DNA of 64,000 bases from Chrysemys picta bellii (lineage: Eukaryota). Position numbers and translations under genes: made by a program. Shown here in pieces: positions 40,955 to 51,382 of the stretch; within the stretch, counting starts at the first letter, position 1; the number at the start of each line of letters is the position of its first letter. The stretch spans positions 32,550,001 to 32,614,000 of the forward strand of contig NC_088797.1 of assembly GCF_011386835.1 (NCBI RefSeq). Direction: 5' to 3'. Under the pieces are notes generated by a model that saw nothing but the letters and a program-made list of their open reading frames with translations, made no database searches and was not told the DNA's origin.

Positions 40955-41210
40955 TGGCGCCCGCCCCGCCCCCTAGCTGAGGCTGGGTAAGGAGAGAGAC
41001 GGAGGCATCGGAGGCCCAGCCGCTGCTCCCTCGCATGGAGGCTACTTCCTGGTTTGAACCCAGCGCCTGCCTCCCCATTGGCTACACCCGTGACCAATAG
41101 GAGACTAATCACAGTTTTAAGGCACATGTGCAAAGACAGTCGTGACAGTTTTCCTCCTGCCACCGAAGCATTTGGTTCGGCTGCTCACAGGCAGCCACCA
41201 GGTGGCACCA
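40955..41210. promoter_or_regulatory. Orphan promoter/insulator-like motif cluster
   Basis: GC box CCGCCCCGCCCCC near 40961-40973, ETS ACTTCCTG near 41044-41051, CCAAT boxes near 41078 (-) and 41094 (+), CTCF-like CCACCAGGTGGCAC 41195-41208, donor-like G|GTAAGG near 40987. Confidence 0.45.
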
Positions 41211-43488
41211 GAGAGACAGCGCGTCAGGGGCTGGAGCTGCTCTAGCGGGAGCAGTTCCCCGCCCTGTCTGGCACAGAGGCTGCTGTTACACGGGGTGACC
41301 TTGCACAGGGAGCGTCTGGGGTGCAGAGAAGGGCCCACTCCTGTGTGTGCCACCACCTGATCATGGGGGAGCCTGCAGGGACCCTGGCTGATTCCCTCCC
41401 AGCTTGGGCTTTTGCCAGCAGCGCAGGGAGACTCACATCCCCCGCAGCTATTCCTGCCCAGCCCCCTCCCCATGCAGCTTTTTAACCCCCGGCTCTTTCC
41501 AGCCACACGTGTGCACAAAGCCTGTGCGAGTGGAACGCTTTGCACCCACCCCAGACCCACACTGCTGCTCCTGGCCGCAACCAAGCCACTGAACACTGCC
41601 CCCGGAAAGCCCCAGGCAGCACAAGGCCTTGGCGCTATGGAAAGATGGGGGGGCTGGATCCTGCTATTGGTAACAGCACGAGGCCTGTCGATCCCACTCG
41701 CCCCCCGGCACAGGAGGGGAGGCCGGACTCCACATCAGAGTGACGTGGGTGAAGCAGACATCACTGATGCTTCAGCATAAGGGTGAGGCCTTGGCACATG
41801 AGTTGCAACGCCGCCGGCATTCCCATGGAGCCAGCTGAGATTTCCTTGCCGCTAGAGCCCCACAGGGCCAGAAGCCACAGTCCACCTCCCCATGTGTGCA
41901 AAGCAGCTTGATTACATCACCCAACAAAAACTTCTGGGCGGGCAGAGGGACTGGATTGATGGCATGAAAGGCTTTGCATCCCGGGGGGGCTCTCAGTGGT
42001 GAGGGATTTGGGGAGAGGCTGCTGCTGCCAACTCACTGTCACTGCCCCCCCCCCCAACAAGCCATACTCCCCAACTGCTTGTTTAAGAACTGATTAAATC
42101 CCTGCCCCATCGATCCCTGCCCCAGGAAGCCAATGGGGACTGGCTCTAACCTTGCTGTATCTTTGCTGGGGGCAGCGGGATCACATGATATCGATCGGGG
42201 GGGGGGGGGGAGATGAACACTGCACTTTGGCTCTGGCAATGGAGGCGGAATCCATCTTTAGCTTCTGCCCGACGAGTTTTGGGGAGAAAGCCAGGCTGGT
42301 CCCCTCCTGGTGGAAATAGCAGCCGAGTCTTTGGGCCTAGTTTATCTACAGGTGGGAGAAGGACCATGTGGGTCACGGAGAGTGTGAGTGCAAAGGACTG
42401 GGGATCACAAGGGTGGGTGTGTGCAGAGTCCTTATTTATTCCAACACTCATCCCAGATCAGACTCATGAGATGCTTTGTTTGGGGCTGTAAACTCACCCC
42501 CCCCCCCCCCCGCTTCAATAAACCCACCCCAGAGGTGGCTACCGGCACGCGGGATCCCTGTTATAAACAGCCCCAGCTAGCTAGGAGCAGAGATCGCTGA
42601 GCTGGAGGTCTGTAACCGAGGCAGGAGGAGCAGCAGGCCTGGAGAGGGATCTGGCTAACAGGAGAAAGAAAGGGGGTGGGGGGTTGTCACTCAACTCAGT
42701 GGGTCTGACTCAGCCCCACCCCCACGCCAGGGCTGCTCTCCAAACCCTGACTCTGTCCCTCATGATACACACACGGTTATTTTCACTAGGGCAAGACAGA
42801 GTGGCCAGTGTATAACCCCTGCACAGGCAGCGACAGCCCCTCGCTTCACACCACCACGCCAGCTGCCTTCCTGCTCTGGACTCTTGTGCACCATTTGCTC
42901 TGTGATTGTTCAAACAGTCCCTATGCTCCAGCCCACATGTGACTATGCCAATGCAGGAGGTTCAGCCACCTCGTGGAGTGGGCAGTGCCAGCCTCAGTGC
43001 CCGTCCGTCACACTGCGAATGCTAGTTCAGGGCTGTTGCGCCAAATCATTCCAGGAGCTGGGAAAACTTTTTTCTTTGAAATCACCAACCAGCCTAGGCA
43101 ATACCAGACAGCCCTTTGCATGAAGGCTGTGGAGTTAAAAGCTAGGGAACAGCCTCAGTGAACAACTCTGCCCCAGAAGCACATTTATTATTTGTATTCT
43201 GATAGCGCCTGGGAGCTGAACTGCGCTTGGGGCCCCTGTTGTGCTGGGCACTGCAGACCCACAGTCCCTGACCTGAAGAGCTCACAGCTTAAACAGACAC
43301 AGGGTGGGAGGGGAAACTGAGGCAGCAAGAGAGGAAATGACTTGCTCTAGTCATCACACTGCAGGTCAGTGGTAGAGGTGCGAACAGAACCCAGGTGTCC
43401 TGAGGCCCAGTTACTGCCTCCCCACTCTTTAAAGCCTATGGCTCAGTTGCACTGTCCCTGCAGTTGGGACAGGGAGTAGGTGGCTTTA

Positions 43489-43700
43489 GGAGCTTGCCTA
43501 CATTCGCCACGCTACAACGGCTGAGCCGTAGCCCTTTGGTGTAGACATTGCTGCAGCGATAGGAGGGTCTCTCCGTTAATCTGCCTCCCACAGAAGCAGT
43601 AGCTACGTCCATGTCTATGCAGGGGTGAGGTCGGCTTAACTACACCACTGGGGGTGTGTGTGTGGATTTGGGTTGACAACTTTAGAGTGTAGACAGGGCC
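43489..43700. mobile_element. PIF/Harbinger MITE (older)
   Basis: TTA TSD on both sides; degenerate TIRs GGAGCTTGCCTACA / TGTAGACAGGGCC. Confidence 0.65.
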
Positions 43701-44593
43701 TTAATCTTTGCCCTCCCTGGCATGAGTTGGAGCAGCCTTCCCATGGTCCGCAGGGGGACAAAGTAGCCAGGGGGCAGTGCACTCCCCTTACACCAGTTCT
43801 ACACCTGGGAAGGCCCCTCCCCAGAGCAGTCGAATGGGGTGAGTGGCATAACTGAGGATGAGGCCCATCATCGTTAGTTACCCGATCACATGATCCACGG
43901 GACTTTCCATGAGCACCTGTGGCGTCCGGGAGAAGAGGACTCCGGGTTTGCCTAAGAGTTAAAGATGTGTGGTTAGATCGTGTCACAGCATCCCTGCTGC
44001 AGGAGGGGTCATAGGAGGGAAGGATGGCTTGGGGGCTAGGGCCCCTGCTTTGGCCTGGGCGTTAATTCCCTGCCCTGTCACAGACTCCCTGGGTGACATT
44101 GGGCAGGTCACTTGCCCTCTCTGGGTCCCCGTTTCCCCATCCCTAACATGGGGATAATGGCACTGGGGGGGGACTGGGCAAATAGACGTATGAGACACTA
44201 CTGCGATGGGGGCCCAGAAAGCCTGGGAGTTTGACATCCCCTCTCCCCGAAATCCCACAGCTCTGCTACCCCCCAGAATGCATCCAGCCCAGCAGCAGCG
44301 CTTTGCACCCTGGGATACAACCCTGTGCTTCTAGCAGTGCTGCCAGGGAAGCAGCAGGGCCTCACGCCTCGGGTTTAGTGACGTCACTATCCGTATCCAC
44401 GGGTACCAAGGTTGGGGCCCCGCTTGCGCTCTGCGCTGCCCAGACTCACAGAGGCTCGCACACGACGCTCCGCTCCAGATTCAATCTGACAACAGAGCAA
44501 CAGCGGAAACGCCAGTGCCTGCAAAGGCCCCGTTTTGTGAATGATTTCGCTTTAAAATGAACTGCCCAGTTCCCTTGAGTTTGCCTCACTCGC

Positions 44594-44859
44594 CAGGGCC
44601 AGCTCCAGCTTTTTTGCTGCCCCAAGCAGCGAAGTGGGGGGGGGAAGGAAAAAAAAATAAAGCTGCGATGGGCGGCACTTCGGCGGCAGCTCAACCGCGC
44701 CGCTTCATTCTTCGGCGGCAATTCAACGGCGGGTTCTTCGCTCTGAGAGGGACTGAGGGACCCGCCGCCAAATTGCCACAGAAGACCCGGATATGCCGCC
44801 CCTTTCCATTGGCTGCCCCAAGCACCTGCTTCCTTTGCTGGTGCCTGGAGCCAGCCCTG
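44594..44859. mobile_element. hAT MITE, same family as 10259-10467
   Basis: TIRs CAGGGCCAGCTCCAG / CTGGAGCCAGCCCTG; TSD TCACTCGC / CCACCCGC. Confidence 0.75.
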
Positions 44860-46089
44860 CCACCCGCACACCAATACCTCGCTCTTACAAAGCACTTGCA
44901 GTGTGTAGCTCTCAGAGTCCTTTACCCCAGGAAGTCAGCATCACTATCCTCATGTTACAGATGGGGAAACTGAGGCACCACGCAGGGAAGTGACTTCCTC
45001 AAGCTCACCCAGCAAGACAGTGGCAGAACTAGGATCAGAACCAGGTGTCCTGAATCCTCACTCCAGTGCGCTATCCACTAGGCAACACTGCTGCCTCCTC
45101 CTGTTACTTGCAGAATAGCGGGTGAGTGGCTAATTAAGATGCACAGGATTGTAACGGATGGCCAGCGTTAAGGGTGTGCATGTCAGAGCTTTGCAACCCG
45201 ATGGGACTTGACTGCCAGTGTCAGCTTCAGGGCAAATATAAAAACAACCCGACCCTTGCAGGCTTGGTAGTCTCAGATCCCCTCCTTCTGCCTATGGGGG
45301 TTGGTGTGGTGGTGGCTGCATGCCCCGCTCCTGCCAGCTGCTGCCACTTCTCTGCACTTTGTGCGTCGCAAAGTGTGTGTGCCCAGCAGTCACAGCGCAC
45401 AGCACAATGGGAGACAGGCGTGGGCATACAGCTGCCCCCAAGCCAACCCCAGGAGCAGGAGGTGGGCGGAGACGGACCATGGGCATGAGGAGCCTCCCAG
45501 CAGGCCAAGCCCCAAGAGCGAGGGGCAGCGCTTGCACAGAGTCGGGAGCAGCGACCTGGGAGGAGGAGGGAACCAACCACGCCCGGGTGGCTGGTACTGG
45601 GCCAGGATGGGGGGGATCAGGTCTGGGGGTTAATTAGCCCTGGCGGCTCCACAGAGGAAACGACATAAAGCAAACGGAGTCCGTGCTGGCGGCTAGACCC
45701 TCGCACACGACAGGACCAGCTAGTGTCGGTTTCGGGTCGGCCTGGGTACGAGAACTCAGGCTCTCGTGTGCTCAGGATCAGGCTCCAATTGTCTAGTTGA
45801 GCTCATGTCAGGCTTTAAAATTAGCCCCGAGCAAACCTCTAATATGAGTAGCAATGTGTCTGTGTCTCCCCCTAGTGGATAGTTATATATGAACCTACCA
45901 CATGCACCAGCAACATTAACTCTGGCATCTCCTGCCTTCTGAGTGCTTATCACAATGCAGCCTTAAATACGGGGAGTTTAAAGAGATCACTAACAACAGC
46001 ACAAATTATTATCATCATTTCTTATCCATGGTCCAGTGCTGACTAGAGTCCTCAGCTGAGATTGGGGCCCTTGTTACCTATCAGCTCTG

Positions 46090-47191
46090 TGTTCTTGGGG
46101 ATTCAGGGCACAGTACCCAGCCTGTCTGACTCATGAAAGACCTTTCCCCCCTCCCCCCACTTGAACCAAAGGCGATCAGAAGAAAGACTTACAAAAAGCA
46201 ATGAAAAGGCAGTGGGAGACCCACCTAAACACCTCTGGACAAGGGTGACAGGATTAAGGAAACTCCCCTAGCCTCATTTGCATCGGAGATGGGACAGGGA
46301 AGCATCTACATTAGCATACAGAATGGAGAACAGAGATTCCAAGGCAAGAACCGCACGGAACTCTGGGACCAGAAAAGCAGGGCATGATGGGGGATCTCTG
46401 CTCCAGCTGTTAATGAACCCACGCCTGCACACACCGAGCTCGGCAGTTATCAGACCAATTCTAGTAATAAATCCTTTATTGGGATCCAAAATAGTGGAGC
46501 TGTCTAACTGCATCGTGAACTCCCTCGAAGGAACACAGCCCCTAGCCAGGAATGATCAGTTCCTATTGTCCAGCCTGAACAAAACAACTTTGGTATACTC
46601 CCTTGAGCCATCAGTTTACCCACAAACAACTCTAGTGTTCTCCCTTGAACCATTGTTCTTTCCCTGCAAAAACCCCGACCCACCCTCAAGTAAATGCTCT
46701 GATGCCTGGATCTAAAATCTGCATCAGTTCCATTGGGACTTCATCTTCTCCTGACTGATCGTGCTGGGGGCTCTGCCTGTCTCCAGCACTCCGGACCCTG
46801 AGCTACCACCATCACCTGGGAACCCCGATCGATTCAAGCTTCACGGAGTGGTGAGAACCCAGCTCTCTCTCTCTCAGTATAGCCTTCTGACCCTGACTTG
46901 TGTGATCAGTTATAGCTCTCTAAACCTGACTTTTATAATCAAATGTAAGTTAGATTTAATATTATAACTGTTTTGTTTGTTTGGCTCCCCTATGGTTATC
47001 ATCTGGCAATAAATAACTTTCATGGTTAAGCTGGTTGCTTCTCTCTTTCTCTCTCTCCCCCTCCCCCTCATGGGTGTTTTTTGGCTTCTTCATTCACTCT
47101 GCAGCAATGCACCTCGTACCGAAGTTAAAGATCCCTGCAGCACCCAAAAATCCTGTGGGGTTTGCTCATCAAGTGGGTTACTACCAGAACA
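46090..47191 (+). mobile_element. Probable solo ERV LTR (about 1.1 kb)
   Basis: Ends TGTTCT...AGAACA, internal AATAAA near 47008, U3-like composition; no TSD found. Confidence 0.5.
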
Positions 47192-47729
47192 ATTGTAACG
47201 TGAAAGTGAGGATAGGGACATGCTGAACCTGGGGCATATGAGGGTGACAGCTTGGAAGTGCTGCTCGACCCAGCCTGCTGAGTCCAGGGGCATATAAGGG
47301 GTCAGCTTGGGAGTGCTGATTAATCCAGTCCTCTCAGATGCACTCTGTTAATGTGTGTGTGTTTGTCTGATTCTGGGGCTGGAAGAACCCAGCCCTGGGG
47401 AACCTAGGTCCTGCAGGATAGCTCCATTGGGAGGGAACGTGCAGAAGTAGAGCTCCGTATGAGAACACAAGTGACACAAGCAGTACATTGTTAGAATTAC
47501 AGAACCGCCCCCCAGAAGAGTATCCCTGATAAATGCATGTACCCCAAAGTAACGGGCAAATCTGGTAACACCCTATTGTGCTGGGCGCCACACAGCTACC
47601 CCCTGTAACCAAGATATCCCGCCACTATGCCAGGCGCTGCACAGACACACAGTCAGAAACAGTCCCTGCCCCAAAGAGGTCACAGTTTAAACAGACACTA
47701 AAGCACTATATGAGAAAGAAATCACAGAG

Positions 47730-50240
47730 TCAATAAAGTGAAAAACCTAAATGAATCAAACCATACCATAGATTCTCTAGGGATAGAAATTCCACCCTTG
47801 AACAAGAAGAGTATAGCAGTAGGAAAATACCACCTGACCAGGATGGTGACAGTGACTGTGAAAGACTGTACCCCAGATCAAAACAAGAGTAAGAGAACCA
47901 AGAAAATGCCACTATGGCTAAATAGCAGAGTCAGAGGCAGTTAGAGACAAAAAGGCATCCTTTAAAAATTGGAAGTCGAATCCCGGTGAGGAAAACAGAA
48001 AGGAACAAAAAACTCTGGCAGGTCAAGTGTAAAAGTATAACAAGAGCAAGCCAAGAGAGAGTTTGAAACACTAGCTAAAGACACAAAAACTAACAGCAAA
48101 AAACTGTTTAAGTACAGAAGAAGCAAGCCTGCTAAACAACGAGTGGGGCCACCGGAGGATCAAAGTGCTGAAGGAGCACTCAAGGAAGACAAGGCTGTTG
48201 CAGAGAAGCTAAGGCCTTGGCTACACTCGGGACTTCACACTGCTGCTGCGGCAGCGCTGTGAAGCGCGAGTGGAGTCGCAGCGCTGTATGTACTCCACCT
48301 CTCCGAGGGGAATAGCGTGCAGCGCCGCAGGCTCTGATTACACTGGGGCTTTACAGCGCTGTACTCGCTGTGCTCGGGGGGGAGGGGGGAGGCATTTTCA
48401 CACCCCTGAGCGCAGCAAGTTGCAGCACTGTACAGCGCCAGTGTAGCCAAGGCCTAAGTGAATTTGTTGCATCGCTCTTCACTGCAAAGCATGTGGGGGA
48501 CAACCCCACCCCCAAGCCCTTTCTTTTAAGTGACAGATCTGAGGAACTCTCCTAGATTGAGGTGTCAGTAGAGGAGGCTTTGGAACAAACCGATAAACAG
48601 CAATTAAGTCACCAGGACCAGATGGTATCAGCCAAGAGTTCTGAAGGAACTCAAATGTGAAAATTGCAGCACTATTAACTGTGGTATGTAACCTAGCACT
48701 GAAATCAGCCTCAGGACCAGATGACTGGAGTGTAGCTCATGTAATGCCAATTTTTAAAGAAGGCTCCAGGGGTGATCCTAGTATTTACTGGCCAGTGAGC
48801 CTAAGTCCAGTACCAGGCAAATTGGTTGAAACTATAGTAAAGAACAGAATTTTCAGACACATTGATAAACACAGTATGTTGGGGAAGAGTCAACACAGCT
48901 TTTGTAAAGGGAAATCATGCCTCACTGATCTATTAGAATTCTTTGAGGATGTCAACAAGCATGTGGACAAGGGTTATTCAGTCAATATAGTGTACTTGGA
49001 CTTTCAGAAAGCCTTTGATCAAGTCCCTCACCAAAGGCTCTTAAGCAAACTAAACTATCATGGGATAAGAGGGAAGGTCCTCTCATGGATCAGTAACTGA
49101 TTAAAAAGACCGGAAACAAAGGGTAGGAATAAATGGTCAGTTTATTGGAGAGAGGTAAATTGTGGTGTCCCCCTGGGATCTGTACTGGGACTTTTGCTGT
49201 TCAACATATTCATAAATGATCTAGAAAAGGGGGTGAAGAGTTAAGTGGCATCATTTGCAAATGATCCACAATTACTGATGATAGTTAAGTCCAAAGCTGA
49301 CTGTGAAGAGCTACAAAGGGATTTCAGGAAACTGGTTGACTGGGTGACAAAATGGCAGATGAAATTCAATGTTGATAAGTGCAAAGTAATGCACATTGGA
49401 AAACATAATCCCAATTTACATACAAAATGATGGGTCTAAATTAGCTGTTACCACTCAAGAAAGATCTTGGAGTCCTCGTAGATAGTTCTCTGAAAACATC
49501 TGTTCAATGTGCTGCAGAGGTCAAAAAAGCAAACAGAATGTTAGGAACCATCAGGAAAGGGATAGATAATAAGACAGTAAATACCATAATGCCACTACAT
49601 AAATCCATGGTTCGGGCCCACCCCTTGAATACTGCATGCAGTTCTTGTTGCCCCATCTCAAAAAAGATATATTAGAATTGGAAAAAGTACAGAGAAGGGC
49701 AACAAAAATCATTAAAGACATGGAACAGCTTCCATACGAAGAGAGATTAAAAAGACTGGGACTGTTCATCTTAGAAAGAGATGACTAAGGGGTCATGACA
49801 GAGATTTATAAAATCATGAAAGGTGTGGAGAAAGTGAATAGGGAAGTGTTACCAGAACTAGGAGTCACTTGATGAAATTAACAAGCAGCAGGTTTTAAAC
49901 AAACACAAGGCAGTACTTCTTCACACAACGCGCAGTCAGCCTGTGGAACTCTGCCAGGGTATGTTGTGAAGGCCAAAACTATAACAGGGTTTAAAAAAGA
50001 ATGAGATAAGCTCATGGAGGATGGGTCACTCAATGGCTATTAGCCAAGATGGTCAGGGAACCAACTCCATGCTCCAGGGGTCCCCAAACCTGTGACTACC
50101 AGAAGCCGGGACTGGACGACAGGGACGGATCATTCAAAATGGCCCTGTTCTGCTCATTCCCTCTGAAGCACCTGCCTACTGTCAGAGACAGGACACTGGG
50201 CTGGATGGACCATTGGTCTGACCGTTCCTATGATGAAAGG
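47730..50240 (+). mobile_element. CR1 LINE, about 2.5-kb 3' portion, with an inserted Harbinger MITE
   Basis: ORF 48657-49100 (YWPVSLSPVPGKLVET...KSCLTDLLEFF...YLDFQKAFDQVPH), FANDPQL, and a CR1 3' end. Confidence 0.9.
48213..48454. mobile_element. PIF/Harbinger MITE
   Basis: 15-bp TIRs GGCCTTGGCTACACT / AGTGTAGCCAAGGCC; TAA TSD on both sides. Confidence 0.85.
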
Positions 50241-50485
50241 AAGGAGACAAAGCTGAGGCACAGGGAGGGGAAGAGACATGCCCAAGGTCACGCAGCACGT
50301 CAGTGGCAAAGCTGGGAATAGAACCCAGCTTGGCCTGACTCCCAGGCCAGTGCCTTACCTGTCAAACCACACTGCCTCAAGAAACACGAGCCCTTGTAAG
50401 CCAGCTTGGGTCAGTCCCAATTCTGTGGCGCTTGTGTTAACCCAGGGACCTATGGGGGCTACACGCGAGAGCAACATTCACTTAC

Positions 50486-50688
50486 CTGAGGCTGGCACCG
50501 AGCTCTAGCCAAGTCCCCAGAGAGAAGAGAGCTGTATGCAGCCGGGACAGAGGGCTCTTCCAGCACCGACCAGACCCAGGACACCGGAGCGGGGAAGGGC
50601 CTCAGCAGGGGCCTGGGACCTAGCAAAGAACTGGTCACAAGAAGGGAGAGGTTAGTTTGAGAGACAGCAGCCAAATGCGTTTTATATA
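50486..50688 (-). promoter_or_regulatory. TATA box + initiator + putative non-coding first exon of a minus-strand transcript
   Basis: Minus strand: TATATAAAA 50688-50680; Inr TCAAACT (YYANWYY) with its A at 50658, 30 nt downstream; a 173-nt ATG-free exon ending CAG|GTAAGT at 50486/50485. Confidence 0.6.
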
Positions 50689-51382
50689 CTATGCCTGTGA
50701 GATAGTGAACCTCATCCCATGCAACCCTTGAATCCCAGTCCCCCTTCCCCCACTCCTCTCCCAGCGCTGCTGATAGAACCTAGGAGTCCGGGCTCCTAGC
50801 CCCGCGCTGCTCTAACCCACCAGACAACAGTTCCATTTTGGCAGAGTCAGAGGGTACATTTTGGGACACAACAGCACATTATGGCCAAGATCAGGGCCTT
50901 GTTGTGCCAGGTGCTGCATAGATCTCCTGACTGAGATGAGGGCCTCTATTTGTGCCAGGTGCTTCACAGACTCCCTGCCCAAAAGAGAAGGGGTGGGAGA
51001 GGAAACTGAGGCACAGAAAGGGTAAGGAACTCGCCTGAGGTCACACAGGGGCTCAGTGGCAGACCTGGGAATAGAACCCAGGTGTTCTGACTGGCAGCCC
51101 AGTGCCCTAACCACTGGGATTTGAATGCAGCAGGAATTCAGAGCAGCTTTCCCAGTTAAAGGGCCATGCACCTCATATCTGAGATGCCAGCCCATGTCCC
51201 CGCCCACACCCAGAGTGGCTATGCTGATGTGAGGCCATCCGCGGGCCCAGGGGGGAGGTGTGCTGGCTGTGTCCACCAACCCACCCTTCCCCCTCCCTCG
51301 CCTCCATCACACGCCCCAGCACCCATCGTATTGACACTTGCTGCTTCTGCTCTACTAAGCAGGCTGGTCTAGTTAAATAACC

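Noticed and set aside
40842-41596. Minus-strand ORFs of 78 and 159 aa, considered as viral env/pol relics
   Set aside because: No diagnostic motif; the GC-rich regulatory sequence explains the open frames.
42973-43161. 62-aa plus ORF MEWAVPASV...LLRQIIPGAGKTFFFEITNQ
   Set aside because: Protein-like by eye but has no splice context or known match; left uncalled.
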